From NCBI RefSeq assembly GCF_006345805.1, contig NC_043001.1:5332001-5396000 (forward strand): a DNA stretch of 64,000 nt, written 5' to 3'. Below are positions 1 to 14,067 of the stretch, in pieces. A program made the position numbers and the translations under genes. How positions within the stretch are numbered: position 1 is the stretch's first letter; the number at the start of each line of letters is the position of its first letter. Source of the DNA: Octopus sinensis (taxonomy: Eukaryota). Under the pieces are notes generated by a model. The model ran no database searches and had not been told where the DNA came from. It worked only from the letters and a program-made list of their open reading frames with translations.

Positions 1-1307
1 CTATTCTATTCAAACTCAGACAGAATCCAACTGAATGCCTGATCTTTTGTTACAGCTCAGAAATGCCAAGTATATTCCTCACAGAATCACTGGATTCATT
101 TGAATCATTTTCAATCTCCTGTGAATAACATTTTCATGAGGGAACCGATGGAGTCTCACCTTGGAAGGTCAAATATGGACGCTCAAGGAATGGTATAAGT
201 TAATACACCTAAAAAAATAATTCGTCATTCAATTATTACAATCACTTTTAACACATACACACAGAAGCGCACACACACACGCACGTACGCACACATACAT
301 ACATAAATACATACAAACATACATACATGCAAACATAAGTACAATTATGTATGTGTGTGAGCGTGTGTCTATGAGCGCGTGCGCATAAGTGCGTTTTTAT
401 TCCCGAAACTTCCTCATGTAAGTGCCTTATAATTAATACTTTTTACTCTCACTGTCCGGTAAGACACGTGTCATGAGGAACCCGTATCTTTCAGCCGAGT
501 AACGGGTAGAAGTAGATTTACAGACAGAAATGTCTTTGGAAATAGGACTAGCATAGACCGCGAGGAAGATGCCATAACGCTTTTGCGTTGAGGCAAACAG
601 ACTATTTCAACACCACATTTTCTGGCTTCTTCGAACTACGATCGTAAATCCACTGCTAAGTTTGTTGATCAACACGAAATTATTTCTCTTATACGTATTT
701 TCATTACTTCAGAACTAATTAAAAGATTGCCAATATTTGTAAAATACTTAATATTATTGTTAATTTTATTACTTTTCGTGTAATTTTAAAGTTTTTATTT
801 TATATATTTCGTGTTTTGTTTGTCTTTCAAATTGAGTTAAACTTTCAGCTTGTATGACGAAATATGTACCAAAAGAAATTTTGATAAGAAATGTTGGTTT
901 CATATTTTGGGGAATGGGGCAAATCGATTATATCGACTGAAATACATCGGTCCCGAAGAGATGAAAGGCAAAGACGTCCCCGCGAAGCATGTTTTGTTTT
1001 TCCAGTGCAATAATGATTATGCTAGCTCATATATATGTCCCCAATGTTTGTATTGTCCACTCTGTCTAGCCCTTTATAGGTAATAAAGAAACGATGTGTT
1101 GTGTGTAAAAAACATCCTGACGAGGGGTATGTCAATTTTAAATATATGTTTCATATTAATTGGTGCATCTCCGTAGATGAACTTTTATATATTTTTGTAA
1201 ATTTGTATATTTATCTTCTATGTATTTTTCTCTGGAATTTTAATTCATCTTTTTAATGTCATTGTATGTTTTATTACTCCAAAGTTTTAATTTAACAAAT
1301 TTATCCC

Positions 1308-1352
1308 ATACTAGCACTATGACTCGGCAACGCCGGGTCATAATGCTAGTAT
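1308..1352 (+). mobile_element. Helitron-like 3' terminus (GC-rich hairpin followed by CTAG|T), extended to a 45-nt near-perfect hairpin
   Basis: ATACTAGCACTATGACTCGGC-AAC-GCCGGGTCATAATGCTAGTAT: 21-bp arms with one mismatch and one G-T pair. A subterminal hairpin followed by CTAG before T is the known Helitron 3' signature. Confidence 0.45.
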
Positions 1353-1627
1353 ATTCTAAAATTATCTTCAGCCGGGTTTATTTAGTGCACAGTCGATGCG
1401 TGCTCCACAGCACAAAAAATTTAATGAATTTAAAACTCTCTTCCCGAGGAATATTAAAGGTTGTTCTCATTCTCGTGTATACACACGTGGATACACGCAC
1501 ATAATGCATATATAGGTACATACATACCAGCGAGAACCCAATGAGTTTCGAAAATAGATTAAGGTTGTTCGTCATTTTTACAGTCGGCGGAGAAATGGGT
1601 TTAATTTGCCGTTTATAATTATACCAT

Positions 1628-1635
1628 ATGTTACT

Positions 1636-1702
<67 letters not shown>
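1628..1702. repeat. (TA)n microsatellite
   Basis: Dinucleotide run abutting the 3' end of the SINE at 1703-1928. Confidence 0.95.
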
Positions 1703-1703
<1 letters not shown>

Positions 1704-1928
1704 TCTTTACTACCCACAAGGGGCTAAACACAAACGGGACAAACAAGGACAGACAAATGGATTAAGTCGATTATATCGACCCCAGTGTGTAACTGGTACT
1801 TAATTTATCGACCCCGAAAGGATGAAAGGCAAAGTCGACCTCGGCGGAATTTGAACTCGGAACGTGACGACAGACGAAATACAGCTACGCATTTCGCCCA
1901 GCGTGCTAACGTTTCTGCCAGCTCGCCC
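1703..1928 (-). mobile_element. tRNA-derived SINE, family A (monomer)
   Basis: Minus strand reads GGCGAGCTGGCAGAAACGTTAGCACGC...GAGTTCAAATTCC (B box)...GGGTAGTAAAGAA. Related copies lie at 38.0, 45.6 and 51.3 kb. Confidence 0.9.
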
Positions 1929-2324
1929 ACATACTCACACACACACATACTCACACACTCCCCCACATACTCACACACACACATATATATATATCAAGAT
2001 AGATGTATATATCAAGATAGATAAATAGATAGATCGATAGATGCATAGATAAATATGAAAGATGAATGTGTATATATTCAGGCATTCAACATGTATCCAG
2101 AAGAACTTTTCTGCCGTTCATAATGCATGCTCATTTTCCCCCTTATTTTCTTGTTTTGTGTTCTTATTTTTAAATATTTCTTCAAAATCTCTCCATTCTT
2201 TTTTAATTAAACTTTTAAAAACTGCCGGCTAATCTTATCATGCATTGTGTTTTATTGTCTTTTCCAATTCTTCTTCATTAGAATACAATGATATTACATA
2301 ATACATACATACATGCATACACAA

Positions 2325-2366
<42 letters not shown>

Positions 2367-3127
2367 GTATACACGCATTATCACTGATATTTTATTTATT
2401 ATCTTACACAATATATCTATATTCTTCGTCTTCAAATTAATCCGTCTTTATGTTCAGTCTATGTTTATTCAGCAATGTTTATTCAGCAATGTTTATTCAT
2501 ACTTTCTTTGTTATATAGTGAAATGCATGTATTTAATAGTCTTTTCAAATCTACGGGAAAGCTGTCTAGACAGTTTTTCAAATTCTTCAAATAGTTCTTC
2601 CGTTCTTCTATGCTACCATTCACCGATATGTTTTGTATTTATTTCACGTCAATTTCAGCTCCTAATATCTATGTCACTGCTGTCACTAAGCAATATCACA
2701 TATAGTAGGAAATGGTAATAACATATAACTGTGTATCATTAACTTCTCTTATTGCCAAGAATAACAACATTTATTTCAACAATTCCCTTACTGAAAATAG
2801 TTTACGAGCTGTATCTTTAACGCTTCGTGATTCTATCATATTAATTCACAAAATGAAGGGAACCAATCAACAACCAAATGGATTTTTCACTGACGGTGTT
2901 TTGCACTGATAAGTCTATTTCATGAAGGAGGTATTGACACAGCTTCAACTTAAGTAATATATTTACCTTTACAGATATATTACATGTTATTACTTGGTCT
3001 TTTAAGTTCAGATATTTTAATACTGCTCTAAACATAGATGTATGGTTATTCATACATACATACATGCATGCACGCATACAAGCATACATACATACGAGCA
3101 CGCATACAAACATACAAGACACATGTC

Positions 3128-4199
3128 AGTAAAGAATATTACAACGAGATAAATAAAACATGGACTTCGGAACTCTCTGCTTTCAATGAAACAGTGGCCC
3201 ACAATGTGTTTGCAACACCAGTACTCGTACAACACATATGGACTACTGGACAAGACGATTGGAGTGATCCAAGCCGCTGATGTGAAAACTCGGAATTTCA
3301 CATCAATGGGTATGTTTACCGAATCTACCTAAAACGCCAACAAGGAAGCAAGGACTTATGATCGTCCCAGTGTGCTTTCAAATTCATATTATTTTCATAT
3401 TATTCCCTTCGATATCGTTTAACCATTAAATGTCAAAGGGAATGTATCGACCGAGTTTGCATACACGAGGCAAATAATATTCTGGGAATGAATAGCCATA
3501 TCACTTGTCTGATATCCTGAATATATGCCCCAATATGTTATATGTATCTACCACATCGTATCATAAGCTGAAAGGATGAGAGTATGTCTGCAAAAGAAAA
3601 TTCCTGCATATGATAACAGAATGATAGTAACATTGATAAGCAAAATAGTATATCAATGGTCAATAACCAGATTACTAACTACCAGTTTGAAGGATAAGCA
3701 TTTGCGATCTAGGGACAGGAAATATCAACCAAATATCTGCTGCACAAAGGGACAGGGACACAGGAGAATCACCTAAATGAAATACGAACTAAAAACAAGC
3801 TGGACCCCATAACCACTCACGATGAGAAGGAGTAATTATGGAATATACTAGATAAAGCCTGAATAAATGTAAGCATACTAGACCTGGCATAGTTATTTGG
3901 AACAGAGAAGAGGTTATGTGTACAGTTGTGAAAACCAGCTGCAACTTATAAGTGTAAATACTATTGTAAAAGAAAATACCGAGGATGCGCTACTGAAACC
4001 CCTACAGTTACCCTACGCAGATTAAAAGTTCAGGGTTATATCTGTAATTATTGAGGCGTTGGAACAAATTACGTGCTTCCTAAGTACCAATCTTCAGAAA
4101 TTAGGCTTCTCAAGAGCAGAAAGGAGAAAGCTGTACACGGTACACCCAAGTATGGAGGGAATAGTAAATATTCGTAAGTATTTGCAGAAGTTTAGCATC

Positions 4200-4203
<4 letters not shown>
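3128..4203 (+). mobile_element. Degraded R4/Dong-clade non-LTR retrotransposon (post-RT region and REL endonuclease)
   Basis: KEYYNEINKTWTSELSAFNETVAHNVFATPVL at the start and RPGIVIWNREEVMCTVV (PD-type REL motif) near 3880; many stops and frameshifts. Confidence 0.75.
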
Positions 4204-4235
<32 letters not shown>

Positions 4236-4237
<2 letters not shown>

Positions 4238-4380
4238 CGTAGGAGTGGATGTGTGGTAAGTAACTTACTTATTAACCACATGGTTCCAAGTTCAGTCCCT
4301 CTGTGAGGTACCTTGGTCAAGTGCCTTCAGCCTTGTGAGTGGATTTGGAAGACGGAAACTGAAAGAAGCCCGTCGTATAT
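4236..4380 (+). mobile_element. tRNA-derived SINE, family B, 5' half
   Basis: GGCGTAGGAGTGGATGTGTGGTAAG...GTTCAGTCCC...GACGGAAACTGAAAGAAGCCCGTCG matches the copies at 42595 and 59502, with an internal deletion. Confidence 0.9.
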
Positions 4381-4639
4381 ATTCACACACAGAATCATAT
4401 GCGCAACAACCTGTTGATGTTGTTGAAATTCCAATGATGGAGCCTTAGATCCAGGTTACGATTGAATAATGACATTCAAATACATATACATATACACACA
4501 TACGCACATATGCACATACCCGCCAACGCACACACGCATATGTATTTATATAATCTGCTTGATATGGATTTGTATAATCCAGCAGTAATGACGATCAATC
4601 TCCGTTAGCAGATCTGGTTACATACTGCAGAGTAAAACC

Positions 4640-4756
4640 AATACGTAGGAGTGTAATGTAGAGCCCTATGAAGCTGTAATACGTAGGAGTGTAATGTAGA
4701 GTCCTATGAAGCTGTAATACGTAGGAGTGTAATGTAGAGTCCTATGAAGCTGTAAT
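4640..4756. repeat. Tandem repeat, 3 x 38 bp
   Basis: Unit AATACGTAGGAGTGTAATGTAGAG(C/T)CCTATGAAGCTGT starts at 4640, 4678 and 4716. Confidence 0.95.
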
Positions 4757-5162
4757 CCTTTGACGCTGAAGTCCTATGCCGTGGAAATCCAACAAATCCA
4801 ATCCCTCCAGAGTATCAAATTATTTCATGAAGTTATACTGAATATGAAGAAAGTCAGAAGTTTTAAGAAAACTGATTGAAGCTGTTAACGTGTTTATGAA
4901 GATGTAAATAAGATAGAGAAGTGTATTTTGATAAGGTTATCGGGACTTCCTTGAAATTGTCGAAGGATCTTGTTAAAAAAAAAACAACGTAAATCGAGAC
5001 AATAACATTAGTATATGAGAACAGCAGGAATATACAGAAGACAACAAAAGAAATGTAAGTTTTGCGAAGATCTTTACTTTGAAGTCTCTTCTTAAAACAT
5101 TCATTGTTTTATCTTAAAGGGGCACATTGGACCAAAGAAATCACACACACACTATCATATTA

Positions 5163-5170
5163 GTATATTA

Positions 5171-5232
<62 letters not shown>

Positions 5233-5272
5233 GTTATTATTATTATTATTATTATTATTGTTATTATTATTA

Positions 5273-5328
<56 letters not shown>

Positions 5329-5365
5329 GTTATTATTATTATTGTTATTATTATTATTATTATTA

Positions 5366-5406
<41 letters not shown>

Positions 5407-5419
5407 GTTATTATTATTA

Positions 5420-5451
<32 letters not shown>

Positions 5452-5487
5452 GTTATTATTGTTATTATTATTATTATTATTATTACT
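5163..5487. repeat. (TAT)n microsatellite with TGT interruptions
   Basis: About 325 bp of trinucleotide repeat; source of the poly-Y, poly-N and poly-L ORFs. Confidence 0.97.
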
Positions 5488-6196
5488 CAATTAACCAATT
5501 AACTATACGAGCAATCGAATAATTGCTTAATGAATGATGTACATTGCTTAACAAGATAAATATTTGACGAGTATTGTATATAAGAATCAGAATGGAGACA
5601 GTCGTATATTTCATATTGAAGCAATCATCCTCCCACGCTACGAAACAAAGATCTGATGATTTTAAAAAGAAATAGAAGGCACCAGGTGTCACTACTCTAT
5701 GCTCTGTTGCTAAAATAACTCCAGACATAAATATTACAAAAGTGTAAACAAAGTGATGTGGTGTTTCAGAGATAACTAGAAATACCTAGAAATGCTTTTG
5801 TATTTCTAGTACGTCATCAGAAGAGAGGCATTATACTTCACACCTGTTGTTCGCCTTCATTCATCTTCATTTTGTGCGCATTCGGTTGTATATGGATACA
5901 AATACACATGCACACACACACATGCACTTCTATACTTTATTATGTTAAATTATTGCTAATTTACATTATATCATTACGGCAGTGTGTTGACAGAATCATT
6001 AGCGGCAGGCGACAAATGTTTAGCGATATTTCGTCCGTTTTCACCTTCTTACTTTCAGAGAGACTGACTTTGATAAATAGCGATGAAGCCCTTAATGCCA
6101 ATGAGACTAACTTTGACATTCAACTTTCAAATTTCCATAAGGTACAGGTTGAAAACATGGTTTGATGTAATTGACTGGCCCGCGCCACCATCAAAT

Positions 6197-6345
<149 letters not shown>

Positions 6346-7295
6346 TTTTTTTAAAAACAAATTATGGTCCGTTGTCTTCTGCTGAACCGGTTCATCCCTT
6401 GATTCCAGGGTCACAGCAGGTCCTCATCTCATGGAGAGTACACGGTGTAAAATGTGTGCGGAACCTAGCAACACTATTTACTGAATTCCTCCCAGTTTCA
6501 TTTTTTTTTTTATAATTGATTTTTAATTTTACCAAATTTCAATCTATCGCTCCTGGTTAAAACCCTTCACCTACTTGACAATTGCATTGCTAGCATTGCC
6601 TTGGAGGAAGCTTTATTTCTTGGACTCATGTTTTTGTGCGCAGCCATGTTGCTAAACGTCCATTAACAACACGGTATGAAGGTCCTTTCTGCTTTCTGCC
6701 ATGCACGGATAAATTTTTCACTCTGGATCTCTTAACGAACTCTTTTCTTTTTCTTTTTCTTTTCCTTTTCTTTCTTTGCCTTTCTTTTGCCTCTAATAAT
6801 TCTGAAGTTGTTTATTTGACGTAATGATGTAAATGTAAATTTGATGAACAGAAACAGCTGTAAATGTCCCAAATTCAATTAAATAATGACATGTAAACAG
6901 CAATGATCCACTTCTCACTGTTAATTATTGCTCCGTTTTTTATCTTCTCACTCTACCTGTCTATCTATATATATACAATCAAAATTAACAACAAGGATAT
7001 CCAGAGATGCAGTACGAAATGCAATACGATCGTTTCATGTGACACCATTTAATTGAACAATGCAAACATTCCATCAATTTAAAATGTAGAGCAATCTTCA
7101 GCTGCATAAAAAAATATAGAATTTAATTAAATTCAAAAGACTCATTGGTATAAATATTATCCAAAATCACCAAGAGGATAACGAGAGAGTCAAAGAAAAT
7201 GCTTCACCATAAACGTCACTAAATTGTGGTGCCTTCAACCTAAGTACCAAATTCATCAGAGTTTGAATTTTTACTGAACTTATCTACCATACCTA

Positions 7296-7357
<62 letters not shown>

Positions 7358-7409
7358 AAATATCATTATTTCTAATTCTCTTTAAAGGAGACTACGGCAG
7401 CGGTACTGG

Positions 7410-7708
7410 ATATTAATAGTTATCGCCAAGCTAATATGGGAATCCAGAAAAATAGGGCAGCAGTCAGCGGCGGCGCCTGCTGGGGTCGGCTACTCCACAT
7501 TGATACCTGGCAAACACCTCCAAACTAGTCTGTGCATGCCAGACCAGAAAGGCGAAGCTGCTGACCTCCCCTGTTCGAATGTTATAATGGACACAGGTTT
7601 TTGTGTCACATAGCTAGCTAGAGGCGATGTCCTCTTGGAGCTAATCAACGGTAGCAGTCATCTTATTTCTCTGGACCTCCAAGTTAGCTTGGCTATAACT
7701 ATTAATAT
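7410..7708 (+). mobile_element. Non-autonomous fold-back element with terminal inverted repeats and a degenerate HHR core; related to 21215-21620
   Basis: ATATTAATAGTTATCGCCAAGCTAATATGG (7410-7439) is inverted at 7679-7708. The internal GCTGACCTCCC(C/T)TGTTCGAA.GTTATAATGGA(C/T)ACAG is shared with 21473 onward. Confidence 0.75.
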
Positions 7709-7889
7709 ATATATATATATATATATATATGTATTTATACATTCTGACAAACATGCATGCTCACATATGTATAGGTTTTTGTGAGTCTCTGTCTTGAATA
7801 TCACTCAGGTGGGTCCTATTCATGTGTTTGTGCGTGTGCATGGATATTATCTGCCCCAAGTCTAAGACCTGAACAAAGTTTTGTGTTTA

Positions 7890-8521
7890 TTTAAAAGCCG
7901 CAGATATCCAAGCATACCTGTCGACCCATAACAAGTCATTTATGCTTTTCAAATGAATTGCTTTGCCGTTGGCACTTTTCCGCACTACTCTCATCGGCGT
8001 TAATTCCCGAAGGGATGTAGCTGGAGTTGACTCAAAAATTTCTTTCTTAACTTGAACTGGTAAAATTGTATCAACAATATCAACTATGATGGAATTTGAA
8101 CTAAGGAGTGTATAGTACAAACATTTCGTCACAATAAACATATCAGTTGTGCAACTCTTTCGGCAGAAGTAAAACAATTACACGTCGTCTTCGACAGGTG
8201 AGTCTTATGAGTAATAGACGTATTAAGAGTAATAGATAGGTACAAACAAATGGTCCAAGTGTATGGAATTAGTAAGGTTCGAAAATTTAAGCAGGTGTTA
8301 CGCATGAGAAATGAGGACAGCATTCGATATGTTCGTAAACATGTTCATAAACATCGGAATAATACACATCGTCTCCTATGGATATTAACATGAATTCCAT
8401 TAAGAATTCCAACTTAAAAGACATTGTTTCGCAACTAATGCTCATAAAATTGGTATAAAAATGAAAAACCTAAGAAATGTAATACGGAAAAGACGGACTG
8501 CCAACTTTTCGTAGCACAACA
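7890..8521 (-). mobile_element. Highly degraded mariner-like transposase relic
   Basis: Minus-strand peptides IPYTWT (resembles WVPHEL) and YVYCDEMFVLY (resembles IVTCDEKWILY), plus a TIR-like end near 8490-8521; weak similarity. Confidence 0.4.
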
Positions 8522-8613
8522 GTGTTGCTTTATATCATTTTAATGATACAGAATCTCTCGATTTCTGCATTCTCTCTCTCTCTCTCTCTTTCTCTTTCTC
8601 TCTCTCTCTCTCT

Positions 8614-8646
<33 letters not shown>

Positions 8647-10821
8647 TATTGTTTTACCTTATCTTGTATTTAGCGTTTCTTGTATCTGGCGCACCACATA
8701 TCATTAAATTGTTCTATTAGTTTAAATCTTCATACAATTAGAAATTACATCATCGACATCTTAGTTTGGGATTCTAGACTTCTTCTGAACTCGAAATCAA
8801 TTCCTCTCTGAAACTGCTGCAACTTGCATTCGTGTTTGTCTTCTGTGTTTCTTTTTTTCTTTTTTTGTTTCCTTTCTATATTATCTCAAGTTTGCCAACA
8901 GAGTGACAGAGACTACAATTGTTTTTAATTTTCATGAAAGTTTTCAATGGAAAGATTTTCACTGCAAGGTTATGTTGTAAAGCGGTCAAACCGTTATTGA
9001 TAAAAGAATCATTAAATTTTGATTAATTGTAATTACTATATTTTGTTTTATAAATTAAAAGCTGCAAAGTTTTACTTTCTTTATTTTATGAAATTTATTT
9101 GTTGCACACTCTTGGAAGATTCGGAAATCATTTCCAAATAGAAAACCGATTGAGTCGTTCTCTTAAATATTTCAGCAGATCAAAGAATATGTTCATCTTC
9201 CACGTCATCGCCATCTTTTCTGACATAATCTGCACACAATTTGTAAATTAATACACATAGTGGAACATCAATAAACGAGAAGTTAAATATTAAACAAAAA
9301 TATTTCAAACACATGAATTATTTATTTTTTAAACATTATTTCATCTTTTATAAAATAAAATTATAAAAATACTGAAATCGTTTTCAAAGATTAATTTGTA
9401 TAGTGAAGTGAACAGGAATATCATTTATTGCTTTATTTTATTTGCCCAATCTTCAGGAAAATCAAATAAGGCCTAAGGAACGTCGTATCCTGTTTTACAC
9501 AGCATAGCAAAAGATTAAGGATCCTGTAGATGTTATACGTAAACGTTGCTGGTACAAATTTCGAAATATCTAAGTTCGAGAAATGACACTAATTTGTTAT
9601 TTGTTTAATTTCAACTGCCCAACTTCATCTTTGAATGATTTGGAATCATAATCCGTTCATTCGCGGATGTCAGCATTTTATTGCAGTGTTGTTCATCTAT
9701 ATTAACACAAACATCTCTAAAACAGGACAAGAAATTCGTATAAAGAAAATAACATGTCAAATGTGAAATGATACCCAGCAGGGTTAAAAATATATTTGTA
9801 TAGACTTTGTTTCATCATGTATAGAGGCTAAATAGAGCCAGTCGAGTGAAGTTTAATAATCTGTTTTAAATTACAATATACACACCAATAATAAACTCGT
9901 GCAATTTTAACTGTCTTCAGGAATATCATTACAATTTCTCAAATAAATAATTAATTGGTATAGGCAACACATGAACACAGTGTAATACCAGCAAAGCCTT
10001 ATAAATCTGTGTTCGCAATTAAAGATAATGATAATAGCTTCGGAATCTAGGGCGTTGAATTGTCATATATATTTATAAAGCCAAAATCTTTTTGCACGCG
10101 AGGTAAGAACAGTACTTGTCCTTTACGAATTCTAAATCTTTGACATTGCAAGATGATTAATGAGGCACATTTTCTCAAAGCTGCCTACATTATACCAAAG
10201 ATAATAAGCATTTACTGCGTTTACAGCCAGTTGAATGAGTTGGTTTACTCATATATCATAGCGAAATATGCAATAGAATATTATCACCATAGCAACTGTC
10301 ATCAATTTGACACTATCTGATAATCATTCGATAAGACGAGTATCATCACTAACATTGTTTCAATTGATCAACAGCTCGTACTTTTGTGATACTACATTCT
10401 CTGTCACACAATATTAGATTCGCAATAATATCGTTTATGCAAGATAAGCAATTTACAAGTGCTAAATTCTAACTTATATAGACTTACAACGCATAAAATT
10501 ATATATAAACGCAGATGTATATCAAATAAGTAAAAATAAATGACATATCTGAAGAAATCATTCGTTATTGTAGATTCAAGAAGAGATTTTATTTTTGATT
10601 TAGATTGATATTTTAACTGTAATAAGTATCATGTGGCAGTCACCGTATAGCTCCCAGAGAAGATTTACAAGTAAACAAAAGGTCGAGGTTTCAATTTCTA
10701 CTGTTTCATCATTTTATGTGTGTGCACAAGTGTGCATTTGTATGTTTCCACGTCTGGGTGTGAGCATGCGTATATTTGGATAGGGTAGCTACACAGACAC
10801 TTGCCTGTGTATGTGTGCGCG

Positions 10822-10912
<91 letters not shown>

Positions 10913-11779
10913 GGTGTACACGGGTGTATATGATTGTGTATAGAAGAATATATTACTGAAAGATATTCAAATTTTGATTTTGACGTTTCATTTACTATAT
11001 TATAAGTATATAATATAATATAACATAATGATAAGATAGAATATTAAATGTCCATTCCGTTTGAACTAGTAGTTTCATGCTTTAAACTATGCAATATTCA
11101 TATTAATGCTGTAGTGGGGACAGTTATGTTTTACAATTTACAACTGTGGGGTATTGGCTAAACTGTGTGCCATATATACTGTTGTGTGGACGCCCCCAGA
11201 CGAAGAAGTAGGCTAGCCTAATACGTAGATATAGTGGGAGTAGAGTAGCAGTGGTGAACAAGAAGAGAGTAGCAGTAGAGAAGAGTTGAGTAGTAGAGGC
11301 ATCCTAACGTGCGACATAACATATGCATTTATAGAGACTCCAAAATATTGATTCTTGCAAATTGTATTGTGACCAGTCAGTGTGTGAATTTAGTAAATTA
11401 CTTAAATCGATTGGTGTTTGATTGAAGCAACACGGTTTGTTGAACATGGCAGGAGACCTGTATTTTGACCCTGGTCAAAGCATTAATTGCTGGAATATTT
11501 TTAGTAATGTTGCAAACATTTCCCAGGGACTTTTACATTCCAATTATCATCATCATCATTACCATTTTCTGTATTATTTTTGTCGTTATAGAATTTTAAA
11601 ACCCGAAATAAGAATTTTTACTGACGTTTCTCTTGACTTAGTGTTTCCCTGCTATCATCATAATGAGCACCTTTAGTATTGTTGTTGTTAGGTGTGGTAG
11701 GTGTCTTATCAGTAGAAATAGTAACTATGAGTATTGTATTATTGTTTATTTAGCTTGGATTGGAATTTATTAATAAAGT

Positions 11780-13470
11780 CCTTTTCTCTGATATTATGGT
11801 TTTTTTTTAAATTTCACTTGGACTGTGTAGTTTGTAGGATGGAAATATTATAAGCACTTTCCGACCGTATGTTGCTTGATGGTTACTCAAATTTATCTGA
11901 CAGACACCTGGGTCTTTTATTTGCTCTCGGTGTGCACGTGAACCTTCTGATAGTGCATTTCCAGTCTGACCTATACATAGTTTTTCACAATTTGGGCATT
12001 TGATGCAGCAAATTACATTTCTGCTTTTGCAGTTCATATTTGCGCTCGTGGACATTTCTCCGGTTTTTGTGTTCATATATTGGACAGCATGTATACATTG
12101 ACATGTACCACATCGGCTATTATTGCATTTAGATATAGTGAATGAGTGGTCTTTGTTGCTAACGTCACACATTGAATTTGTTAATAAGTTATTAAAGTTG
12201 TTAGTATGTCTGTTATTAAGACACTTAGCTGGATTTGTGATTATATCCTTTAATTCATTACTTTGAGCAATGATTGGTAGGTCTCCTTTGGCAATTCAGA
12301 AGATATTATTCTAGTGACATAGGTTGTGTGTCACTATAAAGGGAATGGCTTTTCTCCTGTATTCCTTTCCTTTGGGCTCTTCTCTGTAGTTGTATGGTTA
12401 TTTTTCTAGCCCGCTGTATGCCATATTCTAAAAGTAGAGACGAGTATTTTGTTAGGCGTTTGTTCCTGATATTTGCATTTTATTCTATGGTAAAAATACT
12501 TTTAGCTCCTTTTTGCGATGTTGCGTTTTGTATGTGGTGGAAAGCACGACTTAAAATTCAGTTAATGATGTGGATCCCTGTGTTTGTAGTATATGTCTGT
12601 GGTAATATTGGTGTTCTTTTTAATTAACATTTTCTCTAGGAATAGTAATTTGGTACTGCACATCTCCTTTATAAATTGGAGAGATGGATGTAGGTTGTTC
12701 AGTAGGATATTGAACTCTTTCAAAGCATTTAGAGATTGTGTCCAGATTATGAAACAATATATTTCGATATAATTTCTAAATCTTCTGCAATAGTTTTCCT
12801 CTCCTTCTTGGCAGAGTTGTTGTTCTAGATATCTCATTACAGAGTTCGTGTAAACGGAAGCAATCTCGTTCCTGTCCCCGGGTCTTTGATTTAGATGAAA
12901 TTCTTTCCATTCAAGAAGAATATGTTGTTTTCCATAATACGGCTGACAATGTCTCATATAAATGGCACTGTGAGGCGGTTGGGGATCACTTCTCTATGTT
13001 TTGAACCCAGCATCATATGGAGTATTGGTGTAAAGGCTTACCACATCAAAACCATGTAGAAGTGAATTTGTTTCAGTTCTTTTGAGAAGATGAGACAGGT
13101 AGTCAATGTCATCCCGGATGAAACAGTACATGTAGGTACATAGTGGTTTCAAAACAATATCAATAAAATTTCTTAGACGGTGAGTAGGACATACTGGACC
13201 AGTTAAAATAGGACTAAGTAATTTTATATACCCACTTTTTTCTTCGTTTACTGCATGCTGAATATCTTTGGATTTATGTATTTTCGGTAAGCCGTAGAAG
13301 TTGCTGGACTTTCGCTCGAAATTGGTGATGTTAATGAAAGTCTCTTTCATTATCGGTAAATGAGTTGTAGTGTTTTGAAACCAGGTTGTTGACCGTCTTC
13401 ATGATGTGCTGGTCTATATTTGTAGGAATTTTACAAGAGAATGCCGTGTCTTTCAATTGGTCCGTTGCTA
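11780..13470 (-). mobile_element. Penelope-like element relic (RT + Cys-rich linker + GIY-YIG endonuclease; Neptune-type layout)
   Basis: FYGLPKIHKS, LKPL...FIRDDIDYL and FDVVSLYTN (PLE RT motifs); KCNNSRCGTC...NCKSRNVICCIKCPNCEKLCIGQT (GIY-YIG); frameshifted. Confidence 0.9.
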
Positions 13471-13877
13471 TGAATGTTGAAAAAACAAAGAAAGAAATAA
13501 GTGTGTTAGATTATGAGGCACTAAAAGAGAATGGCTTCACCAGACACAACAGAGTGTTTTAATACACGAATTCACATAAGGAATCTTGGAAACCCAATCC
13601 AATGATGAAATATATATATATAAATTTTTGTGGCTGGAACGTCGGATTTAGAAGTTAGATATCTCACAGGAAATGGATGGTGACTTATATGTATCATTTT
13701 AGTAATAGCAGTACAAATCAGCTGGACTAAATGAGTGTTGACCTAGATTTAGTCACACTATAGTTTTCTTCGTTAGATATACACATTTATATATATGCGC
13801 ATGGGTATGCGTATGCTTATACCGTTATGAAGATGTATATTTGTAGTATTATAAATATACACAAACACAAACACAAG

Positions 13878-13931
<54 letters not shown>

Positions 13932-14036
13932 GTCTATATGTATACGTATCAGTATGCATATATATATGCACAGTAGTGTTTTAGTGTATGTGTGTACCTC
14001 AATATAAATATATATCCGTGTGTCTACATATACTAC

Positions 14037-14067
<31 letters not shown>

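Noticed and set aside
5760-5830. CTGATGA...GAAAC on the minus strand with a 10-bp hairpin between them
   Set aside because: No consistent stem I, stem II closing pair or stem III could be built.
11145-11316. TGT...ACA-bounded block resembling a solo LTR
   Set aside because: Only a 3/4 flank match (CAAC/TAAC), no second copy and no internal domain in the window.
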